DNA of 63,775 nucleotides, filler included, from Deltaproteobacteria bacterium (GTDB taxonomy: Bacteria; JAUYMQ01), in the NCBI GenBank assembly GCA_030698575.1. It is 14 parts of 14 records of this genome, joined end to end, with 100 filler letters (N's around TTAATTAATTAA, not from the genome) between each part and the next. Parts side by side here need not be neighbours in the genome. Positions count along the whole stretch, not along the records: positions 37,848 to 45,008 come from JAUYMQ010000323.1; positions 45,109 to 48,092 come from JAUYMQ010000492.1; 12 more parts are not named here. The stretch is one strand, 5' to 3'. The number at the start of each line of letters is the position of its first letter. Within the stretch, counting starts at the first letter, position 1. Under the pieces are notes generated by a model. The model made no database searches, was not told where the DNA came from, and worked only from the letters and a program-made list of their open reading frames with translations. The position numbers were made by a program, and so were the translations under genes. Of this stretch, positions 37,748 through 48,192 are shown piece by piece.

Positions 37748-37847
37748 NNNNNNNNNNNNNNNNNNNNNNNNNNNNNNNNNNNNNNNNNNNNTTAATTAAT
37801 TAANNNNNNNNNNNNNNNNNNNNNNNNNNNNNNNNNNNNNNNNNNNN

Positions 37848-39050
37848 GGCGGTATCGACCATGGAAGCTTGAATGACATCAAAGCGGTCCTTCGATCTGG
37901 CGATATAGCTTCTGCCCTCGTCCACGGCCGCATGGACACCGGGGTAAGTGTAGATCCGATCCGTGAAATCACCAAAGTCGTTCTGTACGAAATCCACGAT
38001 AAGGGCGTTGATCTCGACCGCATGAACCCGCGAAGCCTTGAACAGGAGGGCCGTGATGATGTCGCGGCCCCCTCCCGCTCCGATGATGAGCACGGAGCCT
38101 CCAGGCGGCATGAAATAGTAGCCTGAGCTCGATAAATCCTTCTTCAGAAACTCCATCTTTGTGAAGTCACCGTCAAACCGCATCATCGGGGTGCCGGCGT
38201 AGGCATCGATCGAAATGTTCCTGCTCTCCACGACAGGGAGGGGGCCTACGTTTCGGCCGATGCCCCACACCAACGGCATGGCTTCATGAACGCTGACCCG
38301 CGAATATGCGTTCCATCGATCGTCGCTAACCCTGCGCATCTCTGTAGCTTTGCCTGCCACCAGCACGGGAATATCAAGAGCCGAGAAGGCGGGTACCAGG
38401 GCCGCCAGGAGTGCGACAAGCGCTCCCAATGCCCACCTGCGCGACTTACTGGACGAGAGTGAAAAGCTGAACGCGGCCAGAGAAGCGAGCACGGCGGTCA
38501 CCTGCACCGTTCCTGCTCCTCCGAACCGGGCAAGCAGCGGTGCCACAAGGATGCAACCGAGCCCCGCGCCCGTCAGATCATAGAAGTAGACGCGGCTCAC
38601 GTCTTGTTTGAACCTGGTCAGTGCGAGGGCGACACAAGCGCCGGAAAAGAAGAAAGGCACGGTGAACACGACGTAGGTCAATACCCATCCCAATACCTCG
38701 CCCAGGAGGGGCGCCTTGATCCATGCGATGAGGGACTTCTGCCCGATGAACATGACGAAGGAGGCCGGCACCGACAGCCCGAACAATATCGCCGATCCCT
38801 GAAGGAGAGTTATCGCCCGGATGGCCCTTAACTTCGGCCCGGCGACATAGATGAGCACGCCGGCCGCGCCAGCCCCGCAGAGCGCTACGGACACCGCGAG
38901 GAACGCGAAATGGTACCAGAGAACCGCCGAGAACACGCGGGTAAGCGTAATCTCCAGTGTCAAAGTGGCGAGAGTGGTGAGGAGAACGCCGCAGAATATT
39001 GAAGCCGAGGCCCGAGGGTCTTCCTGTACAGGGCCGGAGTAGGATGACAT
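37848..39050 (-). CDS. Membrane protein fused to spermidine-synthase-like SAM domain (3' truncated)
   Basis: Multiple TM helices (LEITLTR, YFYDLTGAGLG), then VLIIGAGGGRD, AVEIN and DEGRSY. Confidence 0.85.
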
Positions 39051-39092
39051 GGGATGATTTCCTAGCATAGAGCCACGATAGCGCGCAAGGTC

Positions 39093-40988
39093 TCAGCGAC
39101 CTCCGATGTAGCCGAGCGCGCGCAATTGCTCCGTTCGCTCTGGGGAGAGGCTTAGCGGAGTCGCTGGAAGACGGTTCGACTGAACGCGGGCCTTCCAGGC
39201 GTCGAGGACGCCCGCGAGTTCGCGCGTTTTCAAGTTGTCCACCTCAGCGAGGTTCGCCCGCTCCAAGGGATCGGGGCCCAAGGCGAAGAGCCAGTGATTG
39301 CCCTTGTTGTCCCGGATGAGTTTCCACGAATCCTCGTAGACGGCCTCGAGATTGCGATCGAAACGGGCCCCGTAAACGCCGGCGAACCAGCTGTTTCGCT
39401 TGAGCTCGGCGAAGTGGTGCCGTCGCGCTCGATGGACCCCGTAGGAATCCAGGCGCTTCGGGAGGGCGAGGTCGAGCTGGCGGCAGATCGTGGCGTACAC
39501 GTCCAGCTGATCCACCCGATCCGTGATCGTTCGGCCGCGCCTCCAGAATCGAGCCAGGTTGGGATACTTGATGATGAGGGGGACACGAACCACGTCCTCA
39601 TAGAGGCTCTGCCCATGATCGACCATGTAGTGTTCGCCGAAGGACTCGGCGTGATCGCCCACCGCAACGACCAAGGCCGAATTGTATTGACCGTGCTCCC
39701 TGAGCCAGTCGATGAGCCTTCCGATGGCACGGTCCATCGCGGCGATCTCGCCGTCGTAGTGAGTGATCATGGATTCTTTTTCTTCCGCCGCGATCGGCCT
39801 CTGATCGCGCATGACCGCCTCCCAGATCTTTCTCTGGTCCCCGTCGGGAATCGCCGAGACATGCGGGGGCACCCAGGCTTGCAGGAGATCGGGAGGGGGC
39901 CGGTAGGGCCAGTGGGGATCAAAGTAATTCAAGAAGAGGAAATAAGGTGCATCGACGGCCTCCAGCCAGGCGATGGCGAGATCCGTGACCTCATCGGCCG
40001 TTCGAGGCTTGAGTTCCTCCGGAACCGGATTGTTGTAGTACTGAAAACCCTGAGCCAGGCCGAACTCGGTAGCGACCATCGGGCCCGCCGTTATGCCCGC
40101 GGTTTGATAGCCATGATCCAACAGCTGCTCCGCCAGGGTCACCGCGCTGTCGTTCAAGCCGTTGAACTTCCAGACGCCTTCGTGCTCCCCCTCCGGATTG
40201 GTATCTGCGCCATGCTCGCTGGGGTACAGACCGGTGAAGAGGGAAGCATGCGTGGGGAGCGTCCACGAGGAGTTCGCAACGGCGTTTGTGAACAGTTCGC
40301 CCTCGCCGGCCAGCGTGTCCAGGCGAGGAGTCGTAGGCAGCGGGTAACCCGCAGCAGAGATATGATCCCCCCGTGTCGTGTCGAGGGTTATCAGGAGGAG
40401 ACTGGGACGACCGGCGTACGCGGCCGTGGAGTGGGTCCGTCGAATTCTTGGGTTTCCCACCCAGAACTGAAGGGAACCGCTCGCGGGATCTCTGGCGTCG
40501 CGCGGCGTGGGCGCCTCCAAACCGAAACAGAGCGTCAACTCTTCCAGACCGTTTTGACCCAGATCGACTTGGTGGCTGTTCCAGCGTGGCTCGTCAAGCG
40601 TCAGATGGTCCAGTGCGACAGAGAACAGAACCTTGGTGGACCCGGTCATGCCCGCCTTGGAGACCTTGACCGTGAAGTTTACGTTCTTCATACTCTGGTC
40701 TGAATCGTGGCCGGTAACAGCCGTGTAGAAAATGATAAAGGCGTCCCGAGGAGGATTGATATGCACGCATTCCGGTTGACGAAGCGAGACGGGAATTCCG
40801 GCGCGAGTTATCCTTCCAACGGTGGTCTGAAACGCAGACGACATTTTGAGGTCTTTTTGGAAAAGCCAGGCGTCCAGCAAGTTCATGGACGAGGCTGGAT
40901 CATGATCGTCGCAGGAGATCGTCAGACAGGCAAGAGAGACTAGTACCGCAAGGATACGGAGACGGATGGGACGGGTGCACTTGTGCAT
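39093..40988 (-). CDS. Sulfatase-like (alkaline phosphatase superfamily) exported protein
   Basis: LITLDTTRGD, WTLPTHASLFTG, YFDPH, YDGEI, GDH.E and LRALGY motifs; lipoprotein-like N-terminus. Confidence 0.88.
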   Translation of the reverse strand: MHKCTRPIRLRILAVLVSLACLTISCDDHDPASSMNLLDAWLFQKDLKMSSAFQTTVGRITRAGIPVSLRQPECVHINPPRDAFIIFYTAVTGHDSDQSMKNVNFTVKVSKAGMTGSTKVLFSVALDHLTLDEPRWNSHQVDLGQNGLEELTLCFGLEAPTPRDARDPASGSLQFWVGNPRIRRTHSTAAYAGRPSLLLITLDTTRGDHISAAGYPLPTTPRLDTLAGEGELFTNAVANSSWTLPTHASLFTGLYPSEHGADTNPEGEHEGVWKFNGLNDSAVTLAEQLLDHGYQTAGITAGPMVATEFGLAQGFQYYNNPVPEELKPRTADEVTDLAIAWLEAVDAPYFLFLNYFDPHWPYRPPPDLLQAWVPPHVSAIPDGDQRKIWEAVMRDQRPIAAEEKESMITHYDGEIAAMDRAIGRLIDWLREHGQYNSALVVAVGDHAESFGEHYMVDHGQSLYEDVVRVPLIIKYPNLARFWRRGRTITDRVDQLDVYATICRQLDLALPKRLDSYGVHRARRHHFAELKRNSWFAGVYGARFDRNLEAVYEDSWKLIRDNKGNHWLFALGPDPLERANLAEVDNLKTRELAGVLDAWKARVQSNRLPATPLSLSPERTEQLRALGYIGGR

Positions 40989-41040
40989 TTAGGGTCCACT
41001 GCGGGCGTCGCGTGCCCAGTTTAAATGAAAAGGACGGGCG

Positions 41041-42741
41041 CTACGAATTCCTATCGAGGGTTCTTGCCGGGACACGGCGCCAGCGCGCCTGCGCAAAGGT
41101 TCCGAGCACGGTCTTGAACTCTCTGTCGACCTTGAAATGGGTAGTGAGGTAGTGATGCAGGCGCGGGTAGGAGCCTTCCGGGCTAGGCGCATCCGGGAAT
41201 CTCGCACCGGTGAAGTAGAAAACCACGGGAACTTTCCTGTGTTCCAGCTGCGCGATGATCTCATCCTCGGCGTCGGCGCCGGGCGAGTGCGGTCGCAGGT
41301 CGACGAAGCGGGCTGGGTGATTCATGCCGGTCAGAAAATAGAAAAGCGCATCGTGCGGAAATACAAAAATGGTCGCCTCGGGAGGAAGCTTCTCTCTTGC
41401 GTAGGCGAGCATCTCGTTCAATGGTTGCGCCGTGAGGGGATCCAGGAACAGAGGGCCGACCTTTGTGCGCACGATGGCTCTCGGATGCAGCACATAGACC
41501 GCAAGCGTCGCGCTGGACACGAGCAGGTAAATCGCAAGCGCGGACACGGCGGAGGCGCGGAGTAGGCTTCGAGCCTGTTGGTGAGAGATATTCCAGACAC
41601 GCGCGCCGAGAAAGCATGCAAGGACCACCGCGGGAACCTGGGCCGGCAGCAGGTAGTGGATTGCGGGAAAGGGAATCACGCTGAGGTAGAGGGCCGCCGT
41701 GACGGACAGGACGAGTAGGGCGACCTCGTCACGCGCTGTCCAGTCTTTACGCCACAATCGAATTGCGAGATACAGGAGGGTGCCGAGCAGAATCAATGGC
41801 ATGGAGTATTGGATGATCCGTACGAGGGCGTCCACCCACAAAGTGTGGTCGACCAGGTATGCGAACCCGGAATCGAACATGAGGGCTGAGTTCAAGATTC
41901 CGGGCAACGACAGCAGGGGATCGAGCCGCATGGTCTCGAGCTGGCGTGTCAACGGAAAGAGGGCGGGGAAAAGATCCGGGGGCAGCTCTCCATAAAGGGC
42001 GAATACTTCGCGGAGGCTCTCGATCATAGAACCGAGCGTCCGCGTGGCGGACAGATAAAGGATGAGCGGCAGGCTGGCGCATGCGGTCCCCGCCGTGGCC
42101 AGGAGGCCCTTCCGGAGGAGCCCGGCGATGCTCTGGTCCCGGTAGGTAGGAGCGCCGATGGCGGATCGGATGAGCCCCAGGATCCAGTAGAAAAGCACAC
42201 CCACGGCCGCAAGAAAACCCAGGTTGGGTTTCGCCCATCCGGCGCCGGCGATGGCCGCACCCAGGAAAAGAAGCGGCCATGATGCACGAGAATGAATTTC
42301 CGCCTGCCACGTGAAGTAGATCGCGAGCACACAGAAGAAGATCGACAAGGGCGTGTAGGTAAAGAACTGCGCGTGAGGCCACCCCCAGACTTGCAGAACC
42401 GCCGCCACGAGACCGGCGACCAGCGCGAAGGCGTATGGCATGCAGGACGTGGCGATGATGAACACGAGAGAGACCATTGAGGCGTAGAGGATGCTCATCA
42501 AGAGCCGGCTCAACAGAAAGCTGCCGCCCAGCATCTTGAAAGCGAAACCCTGGAGTAGGTATACTAGAGGCGTGAGGGGTACGTGGATGTCCTTGTATAG
42601 ATGCTTCCCCTTCGCCACGTCATCGGCCGCAACCAGGACGATCCCCTCGTCGGCGGAAAAAGCATCAAGCCATATGAAGGACATCTGAAAGGCCATGCTG
42701 GCGAAGAAAAGCAACACCGCGGGCAAGAAGGTGGATCGCAT
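41041..42741 (-). CDS. GT-C fold (ArnT/PMT-like) membrane glycosyltransferase
   Basis: DEG motif in first loop, G..LYKD..PL, AKPN.G, HYLLP and about 12 TM helices. Confidence 0.72.
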   Translation of the reverse strand: MRSTFLPAVLLFFASMAFQMSFIWLDAFSADEGIVLVAADDVAKGKHLYKDIHVPLTPLVYLLQGFAFKMLGGSFLLSRLLMSILYASMVSLVFIIATSCMPYAFALVAGLVAAVLQVWGWPHAQFFTYTPLSIFFCVLAIYFTWQAEIHSRASWPLLFLGAAIAGAGWAKPNLGFLAAVGVLFYWILGLIRSAIGAPTYRDQSIAGLLRKGLLATAGTACASLPLILYLSATRTLGSMIESLREVFALYGELPPDLFPALFPLTRQLETMRLDPLLSLPGILNSALMFDSGFAYLVDHTLWVDALVRIIQYSMPLILLGTLLYLAIRLWRKDWTARDEVALLVLSVTAALYLSVIPFPAIHYLLPAQVPAVVLACFLGARVWNISHQQARSLLRASAVSALAIYLLVSSATLAVYVLHPRAIVRTKVGPLFLDPLTAQPLNEMLAYAREKLPPEATIFVFPHDALFYFLTGMNHPARFVDLRPHSPGADAEDEIIAQLEHRKVPVVFYFTGARFPDAPSPEGSYPRLHHYLTTHFKVDREFKTVLGTFAQARWRRVPARTLDRNS

Positions 42742-42769
42742 GGCGGGTCTATATCACGCGACTCCGTGG

Positions 42770-44410
42770 GTGTCAATTTTGCCTGTGCGCTCGGCGTCGA
42801 TCCGCCTACTCATCATCTCGGTCGTGATCGGTTTGAGCGTACTCGCCTCGGCTTCAACTCCAGCACGAGGCAGTTCTGCAGACGATGAAGCGAACCTCAG
42901 AGAAACCTTGGCGCTCATTCGCGCCAGCGCGGAGCAGCTAGAGCAACCCCTTTCCCTCACCGAACGCATTCAGATCCGGCTGTACCAGTCGGGCGTCTGG
43001 ATGGTCGGCTCAGGACCTCATCTGACATCGATCTTGATATTAGGGCTAACGGCGCAGCCTGAAGCGGCGCCTCCCCTCATCCGGGTCTTGTCGGATCGCT
43101 CGTCGCCTTGCCGGCCCGAGGCCGCGAGGGCGTTGGCGGGAGTGCCCGATTCGAGGGCCTTCCCGGCGCTGAAAGCGGCCCTGGAGGATTCCGATCCGCG
43201 TCTGCGCGCCGAGGCAGCCATGACTCTGGCCGTCCATCTGAAGGCCGGCATCCTCGACAAGGAAGCGGATCGCGATGCCCTTGGACGGATCGCGAAGCTA
43301 TTCAGAACGGATCCGAAGCTGTCCGTCCGCCTGAAGGCTTATGATGCGCTTGCCGGTCTGGTGTTCGATAGAGGCGCCTTGCTCGTACTCTCGCAGGCTG
43401 GTGAAGAGTCGCACGTTTTCGGTTCTGTCCTGACCTGCCGGGCCGTAAGGCAGTTTGCCCTCGCTATCATGGAAGCTGGAGGGGAGCCCGATAAGCGACA
43501 GGCAGCGGAACGGCTCCTTCGTATTCTCAGGCAAGAGGATGCCTGGCCGTTGCGCTCCTCCATTCTTCGTGCCTACTTTGAATCCCGTTTCCATTGCGCC
43601 AGCCCGCGCGTCCAGGCTGCAGGCAGCCTGGGTTTCCTCGGGTCCCGAATGGCCCTGCCCGACCTGATCCGCCTTGCTCGAACGAGCTCGGACTCGGCGC
43701 TGCGAACAGCCTCGATCGAGAGCATCGGTGAGATCGCCGGCGAAGGCGTCCTGGAAACCCTTGCGGCGGCGCTCGGGGACCGCAACGTGACGGTGCGCCG
43801 GACGGCGATGGAGGCCCTGGGGAAATCTGGCGACCCCCGGGCGGCGGGCCTCGTGCGCGAGATCCTCGAGAACGGGACCGATTACGAGCGGGCGGGCGCA
43901 GCGGCTGCGCTTGGCTCCCTCGGGGGCCATGCGGACGCCCTGATCCGGGCGCTCGGGGACGATGTGGTCCAGGTTCGCGCTACGGCTGAGTCCACACTCG
44001 CGAGGGACGCCGATGAGAAAACGGCCGAAGCGCTGGTCGCAGCCCTCGGGGACCCGAACGAACACTTACGCATGGCCGCTGCGCGGGTCCTTGCCCAATT
44101 CAGCGGGAAGGCGAGCCGATCCGGCCTTATCGAGGAGCTGAGGCGGGGCAAGCAGCCGAGCGCGAGCCTTGCGGCATTCGCGCTCGGTCTTCGGCAGGAA
44201 CCCGAATCGCGCATGGCGCTGGAGCAGGCGCTCAATAATTCCCAGCCGTCGGAGATGCTGGCTATCGTGCATGCGCTTCAGGACCTGAACGACCCCGCCT
44301 CGCTTCCGCAGCTCGGGGCATTCGCAGAGAATGCCCCGACCCCGGAGCTGGAAGCGGCCGCGAGGCTGGCATCCAGGGTGCTGGGTGGTGCCGAAGCGCC
44401 GGAACGCTGA
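42770..44410 (+). CDS. Exported HEAT-repeat protein
   Basis: Signal-like N-terminus and repeated AL.D....VR..A..AL units. Start uncertain. Confidence 0.82.
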   Translation: MSILPVRSASIRLLIISVVIGLSVLASASTPARGSSADDEANLRETLALIRASAEQLEQPLSLTERIQIRLYQSGVWMVGSGPHLTSILILGLTAQPEAAPPLIRVLSDRSSPCRPEAARALAGVPDSRAFPALKAALEDSDPRLRAEAAMTLAVHLKAGILDKEADRDALGRIAKLFRTDPKLSVRLKAYDALAGLVFDRGALLVLSQAGEESHVFGSVLTCRAVRQFALAIMEAGGEPDKRQAAERLLRILRQEDAWPLRSSILRAYFESRFHCASPRVQAAGSLGFLGSRMALPDLIRLARTSSDSALRTASIESIGEIAGEGVLETLAAALGDRNVTVRRTAMEALGKSGDPRAAGLVREILENGTDYERAGAAAALGSLGGHADALIRALGDDVVQVRATAESTLARDADEKTAEALVAALGDPNEHLRMAAARVLAQFSGKASRSGLIEELRRGKQPSASLAAFALGLRQEPESRMALEQALNNSQPSEMLAIVHALQDLNDPASLPQLGAFAENAPTPELEAAARLASRVLGGAEAPER

Positions 44411-44520
44411 GACTCGGGCCGAGGGCGATGGATGGCTCCGCCGCGGTCGGGCGCCGACGATCAGGAAGGCTTGTGGTGCTCTCGGTTCCAGGGGCTGGCT
44501 AACCCTCGGAGGATGCGCGG

Positions 44521-45008
44521 ATGGGCGATCGATTGACAATCTCCATCGTCGTTCCCTGTTACAACGAGGAGGAATCGTTGCCCCAGCTGAGCGGGGTGCT
44601 GCAACAGCTGATAGCGGCCTATGAAAAAACAGACGATGTCGAGATCTTGCTGGTGGACGACGGTTCCACCGACGGCACCCTGGCCGCCCTCGAGCGACTG
44701 GCGCCGGGTCTCAGGGGCCACGTGCTGAAACACGTGGGCAACAAGGGCATAGCGGAAGCCTATCGCACGGGTTTTCAGGCGGCCAAGGGAGACATCGTCT
44801 GCACCATCGATGCTGACTGCACCTTCGACCCTCTCGAGCTGGTTCCGATGCTCGCCGAGTTGAGGGCGACCGCCGCCGATCTCGTTGTCGCTTCTCCCTA
44901 TCATCCTAGGGGACGCGTGGAGGGGGTCCCGGGCTGGCGCTTGATCTTGAGCAGGGGGGCCTCATGGATCTATCGTCTTCTTCTTCCCGTCAAGCTCTAC
45001 AGCTATAC
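44521..45008 (+). CDS. GT2 polyprenol-phosphate glycosyltransferase (DPM1-like), 3' truncated
   Basis: SIVVPCYNEE, VDDGSTDGT, IDAD and ASPY motifs. Confidence 0.9.
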
Positions 45009-45108
45009 NNNNNNNNNNNNNNNNNNNNNNNNNNNNNNNNNNNNNNNNNNNNTTAATTAATTAANNNNNNNNNNNNNNNNNNNNNNNNNNNNNNNNNNNN
45101 NNNNNNNN

Positions 45109-45386
45109 ATGCCCTTCTGCCCGCCGGGATCCTCCGCCACGGTGAAGAGCGGCCGCGAGTTGAACCAGAAGGGAGTGCTCTGGATGCGCGCCTTGTCCAG
45201 CGACTCGCCGTCGAGCCCCGCATCGGGGAAGGGCCAGTCGCCCCAGGGCGGCTGGGCGGCGGCGGGGGCAACGAGGGCAGGCCCGAGCAGGAGAGTCAAT
45301 ATAAGAAGGGGCAATAGAACGGGGCATCTCGGCAAAAGAAGCGGGGCGGGGCGTGTCAGACATTTGGCGAGAAGCGCGTTTTTCAC
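45109..45386 (-). CDS. Exported protein, N-terminal fragment
   Basis: GTGA overlap with the hydrolase stop; hydrophobic signal peptide ending APAAA. Confidence 0.5.
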
Positions 45387-46255
45387 CTGGCGCCGACCGG
45401 GACGGAGCCGTCCGCCGGCGGGGTAGTGGCGGCGTCGCCCTTGTCGAGGGAAGCGAGGAAGCGCACGTAGGCCTGGATGTAGGCTTCCCCGCCGGAGACA
45501 TAGGTATCGTTGTGCCCGGCGTGGCGAATCCGGAAGAACGTCTTCGGCTCCGGCGCCGCCTCGTAGAGCCGCAGCCCCTGCTCGAAGGGAATGATCTCGT
45601 CGTGCTCGCCGTGCATCACGAGCAGCGGGCAGTCGATGCGGGGAATTTTTTCGAGGTTCTCGTAGCGCGTCGAGAGAAAGATTCCGAGCGGCAGAAAAGG
45701 GATGACCTGCTTGGCCATATCAGAGACCGAGGTGAACGCGCTCTCGAGCACGAGTCCCGCCGGCGCGACGCGCAGCGCCAGCTCGATCGCCACGGCCGCC
45801 CCCAGCGAGTGCCCGGCGAGAATGATGCGGCCAGGGTCCACGTCTCCGCGCTCGGTCAGGGCCTTCACCGCCGCTTCGGCGTCGAGATAGGTCCCCTGTT
45901 CGGAGGGCTCGCCCTCGCTTCTGCCGTAGCCGCGGTAGTCGAGAAGGAAGACGTTCACGCCGAGCCGATCGCGGTAGAGCTTCGCCCAGTCGATGCGATG
46001 GCTGATGTTGCCCGCGTTGCCGTGCAGCATGACAAAGGTGTAGGGCGGCGCGCTCGCGCCCACGCGCGCCTCGGGCGCGGGGATGAACCAGCCGTGCACC
46101 GCGACGCCGTCGCTGGTCGTCACGGTGAGATCCTCGAAGGGGAGACCGTAGGCGTCGGGCGTCGCGACCAGGACGGGGTCGGGAAAGAAGATGAAGCGGC
46201 GATCCATGCAGAAGGCTCCGAGGAGGGCGAGCGCAACCCACGCGAAAAAGGCCAT
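45383..46255 (-). CDS. Alpha/beta hydrolase (ABHD13/YhcX-like)
   Basis: HGNAGNI, DYRGYG.S.G, GHSLG, HG..DEII and GHND motifs. Start uncertain. Confidence 0.9.
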   Translation of the reverse strand: MAFFAWVALALLGAFCMDRRFIFFPDPVLVATPDAYGLPFEDLTVTTSDGVAVHGWFIPAPEARVGASAPPYTFVMLHGNAGNISHRIDWAKLYRDRLGVNVFLLDYRGYGRSEGEPSEQGTYLDAEAAVKALTERGDVDPGRIILAGHSLGAAVAIELALRVAPAGLVLESAFTSVSDMAKQVIPFLPLGIFLSTRYENLEKIPRIDCPLLVMHGEHDEIIPFEQGLRLYEAAPEPKTFFRIRHAGHNDTYVSGGEAYIQAYVRFLASLDKGDAATTPPADGSVPVGAR

Positions 46256-46733
46256 GCCAAGAACGCGAACCGGGCGGAAGCCCGGCCCCGCGCTGCCTGA
46301 AGGAGATCCCTGGGAGCTGGCCGCTGGCACGTTCCGCCCTCGCGCGAAGACCCTAGCAAAGCGGCGGCCCCGAGGCGACGCCGAAAAAACAGCCCTGATA
46401 TCAATAGTTTGGAGGGGCCTTCGCGGGCCGTTTTTTTCTTCGTTTTTTTTTGCCACCCCTTCGGCTAAGCGGCCACTTACCAGGTGAGCGCAAACTCCAA
46501 CATAGGAACGGCGCTTACCCCTCCAGGGGCGCTGTTCCTGACCCGATTTTCAGGGTTGAAGAGACCACCGGACCCACCCTATCGCCCCCGACAGGAACCC
46601 CGGTGGTTTTCTTTATGCGCCGCCCAAAATAAGTGGGACAGTCCCTCTTCCGCGATCAGCCGCCCGTCCCCCCAAGCCAGCCAACCTGCTATATAAACAG
46701 GACACGCCCGCACCTGCCCGGAGGAGCCCCGCA

Positions 46734-48092
46734 ATGCCCATAGATCCCAGGTCCCGCAGCCGCGTTCTGCTCGAAGGCCCCGATCGGTCGCCCGCGCGCG
46801 CCATGATGAAGGCCGTGGGCTACACCGACGAGGACCTCGCGAAGCCCCAGATTGGCGTGGCGCACTGCTGGATCGAGACCATGCCCTGCAACTGGAACCA
46901 CCGGAAACTCGCCGAGCGCGTGAAAGAAGGCGTGCGCGCGGCGGGCGGCACGCCCATCGAGATAAACACCATCGCCATCACCGACGGCATCTCGATGGGG
47001 ACCGAGGGAATGAAGGCGTCGCTCGTGAGCCGCGAGATCGTGGCCGACTCGGTCGAGCTTGTCGCGCGCGGGCACCTGCTCGACGGGCTCGTCACCATCT
47101 CGGGCTGCGACAAGACCATCCCCGGCATGGTGATGGTGCTCGGCCGCCTGAACATCCCGGGCGTCATGCTCTACGGCGGCTCGATCCAGTTCGGCGAATG
47201 GAAGGGGAAGCACCTGACCATCCAGGATGTGTTCGAGGCGGTGGGCGCCTACAACGCGGGCAACCTGCCGCTCGCCGATTTCCAGGGCATCGAGAACAAC
47301 GCCTGCCCGGGCGCGGGTGCGTGCGGCGGTCAGTTCACGGCGAACACGATGGCCACCGCCTACGAGATGCTCGGCGTCTCGCCCATGGGGTGGAACGGCG
47401 TGCCCGCCACCGACATGAAGAAAGAAGAGGTTGCGTTCGAGTGCGGCAGGCTCGTGATGGAGCACTTGCGCAAGGGCATCACGCCGCGCTCGCTCGTCAC
47501 GCGGCGGAGCTTCGAGAACGCCATCGCCGGTGTCATGGCGACCGGCGGATCGACCAACGCGGTGCTGCACCTGCTGGCGACCGCGCGCGAGTACGGCGTC
47601 CGGCTCAAGCTCGATGACTTCCACCGCATCGCGAGGAAGACCCCCGTGCTCGCCGATCTCAAGCCCTGGGGGAATTACACCGCCGTCGAGATGTACGCGG
47701 CGGGCGGCATGGCGGTTGTCGCGAAGCGGCTCGCGGAGGCGGGCTTGCTGCACAAAAACGAAAAGACCGTGACCGGCCGCACGATCGGCCAGGAGATCGC
47801 GCGCGCGATGGAGCCGGCCGGGCAGAAGGTCATTCATCGGGCCGACGACGCGCTCAAGCCCACGGGCGGCATGGGGGTCCTGCGCGGAAACCTCGCGCCC
47901 GGCGGTTGCATCATCAAGCTGTCGGGCCAGACGAAGGTTTTCCACCGCGGGCCGGCGCGCGTGTACGAGCGCGAGGAGGATGCTTTCGAGGCGGCCAAGA
48001 AGGGGAAGATCAAGGCGAACGACGTGGTCGTCATCCGCAACGAGGGGCCCAAGGGCGGCCCCGGCATGCGCGAGATGCTGCACGTGACGGGC
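46734..48092 (+). CDS. ilvD: Dihydroxy-acid dehydratase (3' truncated)
   Basis: PCN, DGISMG, GCDKT.PG, CGGQFTANTM, GGSTN and GPKGGPGMREM motifs. Confidence 0.95.
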
Positions 48093-48192
48093 NNNNNNNN
48101 NNNNNNNNNNNNNNNNNNNNNNNNNNNNNNNNNNNNTTAATTAATTAANNNNNNNNNNNNNNNNNNNNNNNNNNNNNNNNNNNNNNNNNNNN

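Noticed and set aside
39294-40703. Long antisense ORFs (also 46689-48083, 59123-60535, 27264-28727, 23018-24070)
   Set aside because: Shadow ORFs opposite well-supported genes, expected in high-GC DNA.
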